From a virus: a stretch of DNA of 64,000 bases. The notes under the pieces were generated by a model. The model was not told the DNA's origin. It saw only the letters and a program-made list of their open reading frames with translations, and did no database searches. Numbering within the stretch: position 1 is the stretch's first letter; each line of letters starts with the position of its first letter. The DNA is taken from positions 64,001 to 128,000 of IMG/VR virus record IMGVR_UViG_3300033146_003955. One strand, 5' to 3'. Shown piece after piece: positions 1 to 9,447 of the stretch. Position numbers and translations under genes: made by a program.

Positions 1-2567
1 TAACTGAACAACAATTAGACGAACGAATTATTAAAGATTTTTTTAGAGGAGCTACTGCGAAATTCACAGGGCTCCTTAAATCTATATCGGGTGTTTTGAC
101 AAAAAGCATTGCTTCTATAGTTGGTCCAGTAAAACGCATTTTTACAAAAAGAATAGGAAAAACAGAATATTTTGTTTATGAACAAAAAGGACCTAAAGGT
201 CGTATGTATGGTTTCCTATATCCTGATGCTGTTAAAAAAGCAGTAACTGGTACTAAAGGTGGAGCTAATCAAACTACATTAGCAAAAGCTTATTTTAAAG
301 GTCAAAACCCAAGAAAACCAGAACAAATAGTTGTAGCTTTCGATAAAAGATTTAAAGGTAATGTAACCAAATCAAATACAAATGTTAAAGCTGCTCCTGT
401 GAAACAAGATTTTGCAGATATACCTGAAAGTTTCTTAGGCAAAATGTCTGGTGAAATATTAAATGAGGCACCTTTATCAAAAAGTTTCCTGCATAGACAA
501 AGTTCTGAGTATGATAGAGATCGTGCTGAAACAATGGCTATGAAAGGGACTTTCCAATCTGTTGATGTACCTGTGCCTAATGACATAGATATGGCAGATA
601 ATGTTGAATTGCAAGAGTATTTGAATACTGCAAAAGTTGGACCGGAAGCCGTCGGGGATATTTTAAGTGAATTCCTCACTGCTCTCGCCTTCCGTGCTGA
701 TAAGGATTCAGATGCCATCCCTTCTCTTCTTATTATGGGTTTCCCTGGTGGTGGTAAAACTGCTATCATTAAAGCCTTTGCTAAGAAGAGATTTAAAATT
801 CATATCCTTGAAATTGCATCAATCTACAAAGAAATTCTAGGTGGTTTCCCAACTATCGAAGATGGTGGTGGTGCTCAAGCTCTTGAGGATAGAATAAAGA
901 AATTAAAAGCAGATCCTGATAGAACAATTGCGTCTTGGGACATTGACGGTGATGATTCAGGTTCTAAAGTAAGAATGAAAGCTGCTGATATATTCCCTGA
1001 AGAAGACGGTCAAATACATGTATTCTTTTTAGATGAATATAATAGAGATGCAGAAAAAATGGCTGCATCAATGAACCTTATGTTATCTGGTTCTATTGGT
1101 AATCAATACCAACTTCCTCTTAAAACTATTGTAGTTGCAGCAGGTAATTTAGGTATAGATATTGATAAAGTAGACGTTCAAAGATTGGATAACGCTACTT
1201 TCGACAGGTTCAATGCGTCGATCATGTTAAAGAAAGATATGATTGCTGGTGCTGAATATGCTGGTGCTCAAACTGATTATAGTAGTAAAGGTATATCAAG
1301 AAGTATTGAGAAGAATATTGAAGATACGGCTTTCGTCCCTATTGAAAAACAAGCTGAGTATAATATAAAGATGGGTGGTGCTATATCGTCTATGGATATA
1401 TTTATTGGTCAAATGACACAAAAATATGGTGCTGAGTTAAACGGTGCTGGTTGGCAAGACGAATTAGGTCTTAATCCACTTGAATCAGAGTATGTAGGTG
1501 ATGAAGATGAACGTGATCCTGATGATCAATATCTTCTTACTGGACGTAAATTAGAAACTATAAATAGACGTGTTAAAAATAGAGTTGTAAGAGATTGGAT
1601 TGAAGCTAAAGAAGGAATGTCTGAACTAGCAGATCCAAAAGAAATAACTGGTGCATGGAATAAGGGTAGTGAAAAATATAAAAATTTTACTAAGCCTGAA
1701 GACTGGGAGAAAGCTTGGAAAGATAAAAAACAAACTTATATTTCTCGTGGCATTCCGTCTCCAGCAGCATTATATATGCATATTATGCAATGGCATTTTA
1801 CGTACCTTCCAACTGTACTTAAACAAACATTAGGTGGTAATCCTGGTGAATTGATTTCAAAAATTAGATCTGCTGCTGAAGTGGCGATTCAAGAAGCAAA
1901 CCAAGTTACACCTTATGATATTATATTTGGTTATGCTGCTAAACGTATTTTATACGGACATACTATGAAGATCGGTAAAAAACAGCAACAGATTGAAGCT
2001 GAAGAATTTATGTCTCGAGTCAAAATGATGCCAACTCTTGGTGATACTGTTATGCGTTCTCTAGCTGATGCTATCAACGAAAATAGCACAGAGGCTAAAA
2101 TTTCTAAAATGATTAAAAAAGTAACTGGTCACACATGGGCTGAGGTTAAGGCTGATTTAGCTGATAGTTCTAAACATGCAAAAGCTGGTGGTAAACCGAT
2201 AACAATTCCAGATGCTAAAAATTTTGTTGCATATAATTTGCATCTCTTTATTTCAAATATAGATTTAAGTTTAGACAGAATTGCTATTCTTGTTACAAGA
2301 ATGAGAGACTTCGGTTTCACTATTGAAGAAAATGGCGGAAAGAATAAGGTTGTTTCTGGCAAGAGTGATGAAAAAATAAATAAAGAAGCAAAAAATACAA
2401 TTGGTTATATATACGGTGCTCTTGTACAGAAAAATAAAAACTTTCAAGAATCTCGTATTATTTCAGCTAATGCCAATTTTGATGAATTGGATAAACTTGA
2501 TAATGAGAAGAATGAAAATATAATTGATGATGGAATGAACGCGCTATTCGAAAAATTAAAGGGATAA
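1..2567 (+). CDS. Large MoxR-type AAA+ ATPase (module 1), 5' end probably outside window
   Basis: Walker A GFPGGGKT, Walker B FFLDEYNR, AAGN sensor, FDRF Arg finger; frame is open from nt 3 (TEQQLDERII...), upstream of the called TTG at 96. Confidence 0.85.
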   Translation, partial: TEQQLDERIIKDFFRGATAKFTGLLKSISGVLTKSIASIVGPVKRIFTKRIGKTEYFVYEQKGPKGRMYGFLYPDAVKKAVTGTKGGANQTTLAKAYFKGQNPRKPEQIVVAFDKRFKGNVTKSNTNVKAAPVKQDFADIPESFLGKMSGEILNEAPLSKSFLHRQSSEYDRDRAETMAMKGTFQSVDVPVPNDIDMADNVELQEYLNTAKVGPEAVGDILSEFLTALAFRADKDSDAIPSLLIMGFPGGGKTAIIKAFAKKRFKIHILEIASIYKEILGGFPTIEDGGGAQALEDRIKKLKADPDRTIASWDIDGDDSGSKVRMKAADIFPEEDGQIHVFFLDEYNRDAEKMAASMNLMLSGSIGNQYQLPLKTIVVAAGNLGIDIDKVDVQRLDNATFDRFNASIMLKKDMIAGAEYAGAQTDYSSKGISRSIEKNIEDTAFVPIEKQAEYNIKMGGAISSMDIFIGQMTQKYGAELNGAGWQDELGLNPLESEYVGDEDERDPDDQYLLTGRKLETINRRVKNRVVRDWIEAKEGMSELADPKEITGAWNKGSEKYKNFTKPEDWEKAWKDKKQTYISRGIPSPAALYMHIMQWHFTYLPTVLKQTLGGNPGELISKIRSAAEVAIQEANQVTPYDIIFGYAAKRILYGHTMKIGKKQQQIEAEEFMSRVKMMPTLGDTVMRSLADAINENSTEAKISKMIKKVTGHTWAEVKADLADSSKHAKAGGKPITIPDAKNFVAYNLHLFISNIDLSLDRIAILVTRMRDFGFTIEENGGKNKVVSGKSDEKINKEAKNTIGYIYGALVQKNKNFQESRIISANANFDELDKLDNEKNENIIDDGMNALFEKLKG

Positions 2568-2571
2568 ATAA

Positions 2572-3396
2572 ATGAATATATTGAATGAAATGCAAATTGA
2601 GTTTAATGATATTCAAGAAAATATTCTAAATGAAAGTTATTCTAGATATCCTCCTAAAAAGGTATCTAGAATTCTTTCAGCTATATTAAAAGTGGATGCT
2701 TTCTTATATTCTTTATACTCTCAACATACATTCTGGGATGATTCCCTACAAAAACCTACAGCTGGTGTAGCTCCACACCCAAATAATACTCATATAGTAT
2801 TTCACTATAATGCAGCTTGGTTTAATTCTTTAACTTCAGCCCAATTAATGTTTCTTCTTCTTCATGAGATTGGACATATTTTGAGAGAACATCATGCTCG
2901 TTCTAAATATCAAGGCGAAACAAACGGTAAAATGTATCATAAGATTGCAAACATTGCAATGGATACTTGGATTAATCAAGATATTCTTGATGGTAAAATG
3001 GGTCAATTTACTGTAAAAGCCCCTATGACAGGATTTTCTTTTAAAGATTATGGCGAAGAATGTTCCTCCGTAGAGGAATGGGTTAATGAATCTGTAGAAA
3101 AAGCAACAGGTACTAATCACAATTATAAATATGATGGGCCTCATTCTACAGAACCTTTATACGATTGGATCGTTAAGATATTTGACAAACATGGTTTGTT
3201 AACACCTCCACCTCCTCCAGAAGGTGCACCACCTAAAATTGGCGATATTGTTAGAGGACCTGGGAAGGTATTTGGTAAAATCGTAGCTATAGATGAGAAG
3301 ACTAAGAAGGTCACGAAAATTACACCAATGACTAAAGCAGAAGCATATCAAGAAGTAAGAATACGAGATGGTGTTATGAAACCTCCTAAAAAATAA
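2572..3396 (+). CDS. Stand-alone DUF2201_N-like HExxH metallopeptidase domain with C-terminal SH3/KOW-like segment
   Basis: PTAGV, LLHEIGHILREH, NIAMDTWIN and TEPLYDWI match the N-half of 11610..13211; no VWA domain. Confidence 0.8.
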   Translation: MNILNEMQIEFNDIQENILNESYSRYPPKKVSRILSAILKVDAFLYSLYSQHTFWDDSLQKPTAGVAPHPNNTHIVFHYNAAWFNSLTSAQLMFLLLHEIGHILREHHARSKYQGETNGKMYHKIANIAMDTWINQDILDGKMGQFTVKAPMTGFSFKDYGEECSSVEEWVNESVEKATGTNHNYKYDGPHSTEPLYDWIVKIFDKHGLLTPPPPPEGAPPKIGDIVRGPGKVFGKIVAIDEKTKKVTKITPMTKAEAYQEVRIRDGVMKPPKK

Positions 3397-3399
3397 GGA

Positions 3400-3906
3400 A
3401 TGATTATGGATTTAAACAAATTTTGTGAAAATTTAATTGAAGAAAATGATAATATATTTGAAGAAATAAACGATGGAACTGTTGATTGGGATTTTGATGA
3501 TGTTACAATCCTTAAAAGTTCTGGCGGTAAAAAAGGCGATCCACCGCCTCCACCACCAGATGGTGAAGATCCACCTCCTCCTCCTCCACCTCCACCAGGT
3601 AACGAAGAGGATATAGATCCTCCAGATCCAGAAGATGGCGAAGATGGCGAAGATGGAGAACCTGGTGAAAGCAAAGAAACAGACACAGATGAAATTACTA
3701 TTGGCAAGATAGTTCAAGATATGAAGACTGGAAAATATGGTAGAGTTACTGGTATTTATGGTGATAAAGTAGAAATGGAACCAGTATCAGATGCTGATTT
3801 AAAAAGCGATGGATACAAAACATTCGTAAAACGTAATAGCATAATTAGTAATGACGATTTTAATGATGCAGTAAATTGGGGGCCAGGCAGTGAGCAGTAT
3901 ACTTAA
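3400..3906 (+). CDS. Pro/acidic-linker protein with C-terminal SH3/KOW-like segment
   Basis: Poly-Pro and EDG repeats; ITIGKIVQDMKTGKYGRVTGI resembles KIGDIVRGPGKVFGKIVAI of the previous gene; AAGGA upstream. Confidence 0.7.
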   Translation: MIMDLNKFCENLIEENDNIFEEINDGTVDWDFDDVTILKSSGGKKGDPPPPPPDGEDPPPPPPPPPGNEEDIDPPDPEDGEDGEDGEPGESKETDTDEITIGKIVQDMKTGKYGRVTGIYGDKVEMEPVSDADLKSDGYKTFVKRNSIISNDDFNDAVNWGPGSEQYT

Positions 3907-5491
3907 AAAATTATTTGAAGAAGTAGACGATATTCAACTTGTAACAGAGATGACTGCTAATATTGGTGATATTCGTACTGTTACTAAAATTAAGTCCAAT
4001 AAAGACAAAGACAAAGACAAAGACAAAGATGACGATAAAGGTGACAGCCAAAATGGTGATGGTCAACCTGGAGATGGTCAACCTGGTGATGGTCAACCTG
4101 GTGATGGTCAGCCTGGTGATGGTCAACCTGGAGATGGTCAACCTGGAGATGGTCAGCCTGGTGATGGTCAACCTGGAGATGGTCAGCCTGGTGATGGTCA
4201 ACCTGGTGATGGTCAGCCTGGTGATGGTCAACCTGGTGATGGTCAGCCTGGAGAAGGGCAACCTGGTGGCGGAAAAACAACGACTGATATAGGTGATGAT
4301 GATCCTAATGGCCCAAAAATAATGGATGACCACGAAGGTATGGATAAAGGTAAAGGCGTTGGTTCATTCAAAAAGATATTTGATAAAGTATATAAAACAG
4401 CAAAAGAAGTCGAAAAGCAAGCTGGTAAATCAGGCGGATATGGAGATAATTCAGGTAGTTTAATGCGTCAAGTTGAAGGTTTCCTTGAACCACATTTTGA
4501 TGTTGATGGCATAATGAAGAAATTGAATAAATTTAAGCGTCTCTCTGCTGAAGAATATTCAACAGTAAGAGCTGAAACTTTCCAAGCTTCAGCGTTCAAC
4601 CCAGTAAATCAACACTCCCCTGGTTCTAAGTCAAGAATGAATCAGCCTGGTATGGCTAAAATCGGTAAAGATGTAAAACCCTTTAAAAGGTCTGCAATTC
4701 TCTTTTTCTCTATAGATACTTCTGGTTCTATTGGACCACAAGATTTTGCAGTTATTAAGGGTTATTTAAGAGAGATTGTAAATAGATTTGCTAAAACAAT
4801 CCCTGTTAAAAATAATAAAGGTAGAGTTGTTGGTCATATGGGTGGAGAAGTTTATCTCTTAGAGTGGGATACTGAACTTAAAACTCCTATAAGAAAATGG
4901 ACTAAGGTTGGTAAAAATGGAACTGTTGCCGCTATCACTAATCCAAATTTAAAGAAGGGTAAGTATGACGCTGCTGGTGGAAGAGACGCATATAAAGAAG
5001 AATTCAAAGTAAGAGGTGGCGGTGGTACTAATATTAATAGATTTTTTAGTGATATTGACGTTGCTTTCCATAGAGTTGAAAACGGGAAAGAATATTTTGA
5101 CTTAGATGATTCTGCTGATTACATTGCAACTGATGCAGATAAATTTGAATCTCAAGAGGATTTAAAAACAGAATTTAAAAAAGACCATCTTAAGGCTGAA
5201 TTGAAGAATAATAATAAGAAATGGAAAAATCCTAAAAAACAAAAAGAATTAGATTTAAACGATGGTATATTAAATTTTACCGAGAATCATGTTTCTGGTG
5301 ATCCAACTCCATTTTTAATAGTTTATACTGATGGTTGTTTTAGTCCAGCTAAATATCAAAATTCTGAACTTTTTAAGAATAATCCTGGTAATATATTATA
5401 CATTCTTACGATGCCTGATATGGTGGATAATATATCGCCCAAAAATGTTGTTTTTCATGACTTACAAAAAGAACACGCAAGACCGAGATAA
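3890..5491 (+). CDS. VWA (DUF2201-like) protein with GDGQP repeat linker
   Basis: MIDAS IDTSGS, EWDT, GGGGT, YTDG; DDH motif after the linker, like DVH in 11610..13211. Confidence 0.85.
   Translation: MSSILKKLFEEVDDIQLVTEMTANIGDIRTVTKIKSNKDKDKDKDKDDDKGDSQNGDGQPGDGQPGDGQPGDGQPGDGQPGDGQPGDGQPGDGQPGDGQPGDGQPGDGQPGDGQPGDGQPGEGQPGGGKTTTDIGDDDPNGPKIMDDHEGMDKGKGVGSFKKIFDKVYKTAKEVEKQAGKSGGYGDNSGSLMRQVEGFLEPHFDVDGIMKKLNKFKRLSAEEYSTVRAETFQASAFNPVNQHSPGSKSRMNQPGMAKIGKDVKPFKRSAILFFSIDTSGSIGPQDFAVIKGYLREIVNRFAKTIPVKNNKGRVVGHMGGEVYLLEWDTELKTPIRKWTKVGKNGTVAAITNPNLKKGKYDAAGGRDAYKEEFKVRGGGGTNINRFFSDIDVAFHRVENGKEYFDLDDSADYIATDADKFESQEDLKTEFKKDHLKAELKNNNKKWKNPKKQKELDLNDGILNFTENHVSGDPTPFLIVYTDGCFSPAKYQNSELFKNNPGNILYILTMPDMVDNISPKNVVFHDLQKEHARPR
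4055..4264 (+). repeat. 15-nt coding tandem repeat (13x GDGQP + GEGQP)
   Basis: ggwgatggtcarcct units, synonymous variation except in the last unit. Confidence 0.95.
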
Positions 5492-5493
5492 TA

Positions 5494-5522
5494 AAAAAAG
5501 AGGTTGAAAAACCTCTTTTTTT
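5494..5522. terminator. Intrinsic terminator, probably bidirectional
   Basis: A-run, gaggtt-gaaa-aacctc, T-run. Confidence 0.85.
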
Positions 5523-5524
5523 AT

Positions 5525-5538
5525 GCATATTTTATTAT
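5525..5538 (+). promoter_or_regulatory. GCATA-class promoter motif, 9 nt before ATG
   Basis: GCATA-N9-ATG with no SD; same spacing at 21021, 27310, 41688, 50924. Confidence 0.7.
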
Positions 5539-5856
5539 ATGAATATTATAGATAAAAACACATTATGGACTAAATATTTCCTAACTGAAGACAGGCATAA
5601 CTTAACAAGTCTTAGACAATTTGTAATACATGAAGTTGATGTTATGGACCTCACAAAAAAAGTATCAGTAGATAAAAAAAAGAAGTTTCTACGCTATATG
5701 TTGAAATCACTTTCAAAACGTGATATAGTTAAAACATATACAGAGGATGTAATATTATCCCCTTTTAGAAAAACATTTTTACAATATTCAAAACATGATA
5801 TAATAGATAAAATTATAAAATCAACAACAATATGGGATGAAAAATGGCATATATAA
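5539..5856 (+). CDS. Hypothetical protein
   Basis: 105-aa ORF directly after GCATA motif. Confidence 0.65.
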   Translation: MNIIDKNTLWTKYFLTEDRHNLTSLRQFVIHEVDVMDLTKKVSVDKKKKFLRYMLKSLSKRDIVKTYTEDVILSPFRKTFLQYSKHDIIDKIIKSTTIWDEKWHI

Positions 5857-6227
5857 AAAAAGCTGATCAACTTAAAATACTCGTTGTTGAAGATATGTCT
5901 TCAAGAATTCAATTTTTTAGAAATAGGTTTAAAGGGCATGATCTCTATTTCTTTGATAACGCTACTGATTCCATTGATGCTCTTAAGCTTATGACTGATA
6001 AACCTTGGGATATTGTCTTCCTAGATCATGATTTGGGTGGAAAAGTATTTGTTCCCTCATCAGATCCAAATACAGGTTATGTTGTGGCTGAATATATTAG
6101 GGATAATAATATTAAAATTAATCAAATATTTATACATTCTATGAATCCTGCTGGAAGTCAGAATATTAAATCTGTTCTCCCTCAAGCTAAAATTATACCA
6201 TTTACTCTTTTAAAAACAAGTATATGA
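5844..6227 (+). CDS. Cyclic-phosphate-processing receiver-like (cREC) domain protein
   Basis: VVED..R, FLDHDLG, TGYVVAEYI, IHSMNPAG motifs. Confidence 0.75.
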   Translation: MAYIKKADQLKILVVEDMSSRIQFFRNRFKGHDLYFFDNATDSIDALKLMTDKPWDIVFLDHDLGGKVFVPSSDPNTGYVVAEYIRDNNIKINQIFIHSMNPAGSQNIKSVLPQAKIIPFTLLKTSI

Positions 6228-6634
6228 ACGCTTTAACTGCTAAATTTAACCTTTTACATGGAACTTTTCAAGAATATATCGATAATGATGAATATTTTTC
6301 TTTTGAGGTATCTTCGACACAAGATAAAGTTTCAAATATGTATAATGATGAAGTATTTGAAGACTTTGAAGCATTTTATATAACTGAGGGTTTTACTAAA
6401 ATTAGTGAATTAATATATAAAGATCCTGATGACGGGACTGAGAAGGAATTTACATGGCAAACATGGGCTGACCTCTGGGATGAGTTGAGAGAAGAGTTTG
6501 TAGAAGAGTTAGTTGATACTTTCGTTGAATTTCTTGAAGATAAATTAGGTGAGGAATATAAACCCTTCATCACAAGTAATAATGATATAATACGTAAAAA
6601 GGCAGAAGAATTACCTTATGAGTGGGAACTTTGA
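6224..6634 (+). CDS. Acidic hypothetical protein
   Basis: ATGA overlap with upstream gene. Confidence 0.65.
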   Translation: MNALTAKFNLLHGTFQEYIDNDEYFSFEVSSTQDKVSNMYNDEVFEDFEAFYITEGFTKISELIYKDPDDGTEKEFTWQTWADLWDELREEFVEELVDTFVEFLEDKLGEEYKPFITSNNDIIRKKAEELPYEWEL

Positions 6635-7349
6635 CATACAGCTAAAAACTCTTCAATTTCATGCTACAAAGCAAGATGTCAATTTTTTAAATAACCCAGA
6701 TAATAAACGTGGTATAATCAAGCTAATCAAAAAAAATAAACTTAATCCCTCTGTGATAGAATATATTTGGAGTAATTCTAAATATAAGAATGAGATTATA
6801 AAAAAACAAACTCTCCCTACCGTTATAAGGGAAGATATAATACACAGTTGTCAAATGTCATATTCTACTTATAATTGGGCAACTATATTAAGAAATTTTA
6901 TTAAATTTCATTCTCCAACAGATGAAGAATATAAAAAATTTTTAACATCGTATAGATCAAATCTAATGATATTAGAATTATGGAATATCGTTCCTAGAAA
7001 ATGTTATGAATTAGGTGGTGAAGAAGCATTATATAAAATAATGCTTAATAATGAAGTAAGAACGCAATATGCTCTTAAAAGACTTCACTATTTAGTCGTT
7101 GAGATAATGAAATATGTGCCTGAAATGCATCTTCCACTCATTGAAACTATAATTAATGTAGACGACGATAGTTTTACTACAAAATTTTTAAGCCCTGTCT
7201 TCAAAGCAACTACAGTAAGCGATGAGGCAGTAAACTTCTTACTTAAAAATTTAAAAACAGATACTTTCAAAGAAATTGTTAAAAATGCTATGCGTCGAGG
7301 TAATATTAGCGATATTATGTTGGCTAAAATATATTTGGCTATAGATTAA
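6618..7349 (+). CDS. Hypothetical protein, C-terminal LAKIYL
   Basis: 243-aa coupled ORF. Confidence 0.65.
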   Translation: MSGNFDIQLKTLQFHATKQDVNFLNNPDNKRGIIKLIKKNKLNPSVIEYIWSNSKYKNEIIKKQTLPTVIREDIIHSCQMSYSTYNWATILRNFIKFHSPTDEEYKKFLTSYRSNLMILELWNIVPRKCYELGGEEALYKIMLNNEVRTQYALKRLHYLVVEIMKYVPEMHLPLIETIINVDDDSFTTKFLSPVFKATTVSDEAVNFLLKNLKTDTFKEIVKNAMRRGNISDIMLAKIYLAID

Positions 7350-7624
7350 TGTTGAGTCTCCTCCTCTTTAACATATTATATTCTTTTCTTATCCTAGTGG
7401 TATTAAGTTTATTTGTACATGTCTTCAGAAATAATTTACGTGCTCTGCTCAAAGATACAAAACTTATTGATATTATAGGCGAGAGTGATGATGAATCTTA
7501 TTCAAATAAGCATGGCTTTTTAGCATATTTATTTTTGTGTGGTACATATATAGCTTTTATGATTTATGCCATTGCAGGATTAGGATTTCTAATATATATG
7601 GGGTTGATATGGGGAAGAAAGTAA
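7349..7624 (+). CDS. Small membrane protein (2 TM)
   Basis: Two hydrophobic stretches; TAATG coupling. Confidence 0.6.
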   Translation: MLSLLLFNILYSFLILVVLSLFVHVFRNNLRALLKDTKLIDIIGESDDESYSNKHGFLAYLFLCGTYIAFMIYAIAGLGFLIYMGLIWGRK

Positions 7625-8085
7625 CAATTAGTTTTACACTTTTAGAATATATAATAATTATATGGCTTATAAGTCTTTTACTTTTACCTGAGATATTTAT
7701 GGTTAATCACCTCTTAATTTTAATAATGGGAATTGTTATTGGTATATATAACATTGGATTAACTATTATTTTACCATTCATGATAATAGCTTTAGGGGCT
7801 GCGTATATATTTGTCTATACAAACAAAATTAAGCATAAATTTAATGATACTATCAAAACTGTTAGAAGTTCTACAGATATAAAACATACATTCTATAAAC
7901 AAGCTGTTGATATTATATTACGTTTTGTCATCATATACCTTGCATGGCGTTTCAATTATAAATATCTATCTATAATTTCAATTATTAGTCTTATTATAAC
8001 ATTGGGTTTTAAGGCTATAAACACTGATTTCAAGGTTAAAATTGCTAAGCTTACTCTTTTGGACAACGCAGAAGATGTGGTATAA
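7609..8085 (+). CDS. Multi-TM membrane protein
   Basis: Likely start MGKKVTISF; 4-5 hydrophobic segments. Confidence 0.6.
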   Translation: MGKKVTISFTLLEYIIIIWLISLLLLPEIFMVNHLLILIMGIVIGIYNIGLTIILPFMIIALGAAYIFVYTNKIKHKFNDTIKTVRSSTDIKHTFYKQAVDIILRFVIIYLAWRFNYKYLSIISIISLIITLGFKAINTDFKVKIAKLTLLDNAEDVV

Positions 8086-8086
8086 T
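8059..8086 (+). promoter_or_regulatory. Host sigma70-like extended -10 promoter
   Basis: TTGGAC-N16 with TGgTATAAT, upstream of GAGGTG SD of the radical SAM gene. Confidence 0.5.
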
Positions 8087-8129
8087 TACTTTAGTAATTG
8101 AAATAATAATATTAACAAGAGGTGAGCAA

Positions 8130-9020
8130 ATGAATGTACAAAGTCTATCTGTAGTAGTTCCTGGTGGATGTCCTAATAGTTGTTTATATTGTGTTTCTAA
8201 AACACATAAAGAAATTAAATATAAAGATACAATATCACCATGTGTTAGGCGAATACAAAATAAAGCTTCTTTCACAAATTATGATATGGAACAATATATC
8301 AATAGAATGGAGTTTGCTAGAGATAACGGTTGTAATACTGTAATTCTAACTGGTGAAGGTGAACCAGTCTGGAATAAGAAATTTCTCAAAGCTTTCGGAC
8401 AATGGAATAAGGCTCTTGATAAACCTTTCAGATGGATTGAGATTCAAACTTCTGGTATTGGTCTTGATGGTGAGACACTCTCACTTCTTAAAAAAGTTGG
8501 TGTTAACACAATCTCTCTCTCAATCTCATCTTTTAATGATGAAAAGAATAACGAATATAATGGTATCAAACCCGAGAATCAATTTAATATAGCTGAAAGA
8601 TGTAACCAAATTAAGAAGGAAGGTTTTAATCTAAGACTTTCTATTAATGCAACTGATGCATTTAATAGGTGGCTGCCGGTAGAAATATTTAATACAGCTA
8701 GTATTTTAGGAGCTGATCAATTGACATTCCGTGTTCTTTACGATTCTGGAAATCCAGAGCATGAAGTTGATATCTGGATTAATGAGCATAGAGTTAGCAA
8801 CCAGTTACAAAAGAATTTTATTACGTATGTTCAGGAAAATGGTAATAAATTAGAACAGCTTCCTTTTGGCCCTTTTAAATATTCGGTTGATGGCGTATCT
8901 ACTGTTATCGACGACGACTGTATGAGCAAGGAACTTAAAGATACTATTAAGTACTTTATCTTAAGACCTAATGGGAAATTATATACTCGTTGGGATGATA
9001 CGGGGAGTTTGTGGTTTTAA
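8130..9020 (+). CDS. Radical SAM protein
   Basis: CPNSCLYC (CxxxCxxC), ILTGEGEP, IEIQTSG. Confidence 0.9.
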   Translation: MNVQSLSVVVPGGCPNSCLYCVSKTHKEIKYKDTISPCVRRIQNKASFTNYDMEQYINRMEFARDNGCNTVILTGEGEPVWNKKFLKAFGQWNKALDKPFRWIEIQTSGIGLDGETLSLLKKVGVNTISLSISSFNDEKNNEYNGIKPENQFNIAERCNQIKKEGFNLRLSINATDAFNRWLPVEIFNTASILGADQLTFRVLYDSGNPEHEVDIWINEHRVSNQLQKNFITYVQENGNKLEQLPFGPFKYSVDGVSTVIDDDCMSKELKDTIKYFILRPNGKLYTRWDDTGSLWF

Positions 9021-9412
9021 TGGATGATACGGAGGCTAAGCTTCTATTAAGAGGTGCAGAGGAATATAAAATCTTCTATTCTAATGGGCAGCAATATGAA
9101 TCATATTATGTTTTAGATGGTTTAAGGGAAGGTGAATATAGAGAATGGTATATAGATGGCCAAATAAAAAAATGTTGTTTTTATAAAAATGATGTTATAG
9201 ATGGTGAATATAAAGAATGGCATGAGAATGGACAATTGCGAATTCACAACTTTTACAAAAATGGTTGTGAAATAGGAAATATAACTACATGGTATGATAA
9301 TAACCAAATATCTTCGGAATGTAAATTTGATAAAAATGGTGAAGTTATAGACTATAGGATGTGGAATAAAAAAGGTGAACAAATAGAAGATATTTCTAGA
9401 GAAGATGCTTAA
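9020..9412 (+). CDS. MORN-variant repeat protein with N-terminal EAKLLL tag
   Basis: Repeats of GEYxEW(Y/H)xNGQ. Confidence 0.8.
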   Translation: MDDTEAKLLLRGAEEYKIFYSNGQQYESYYVLDGLREGEYREWYIDGQIKKCCFYKNDVIDGEYKEWHENGQLRIHNFYKNGCEIGNITTWYDNNQISSECKFDKNGEVIDYRMWNKKGEQIEDISREDA

Positions 9413-9447
9413 AGCAGGCATACTTAATATTAAACAAAGGAGATTAT

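Noticed and set aside
4055-4264. GDGQP as collagen
   Set aside because: Period is 5, not Gly-X-Y
8130-9020. Radical SAM as viperin-like
   Set aside because: Lacks the N(Y/F)H..CNY.C.FCF context
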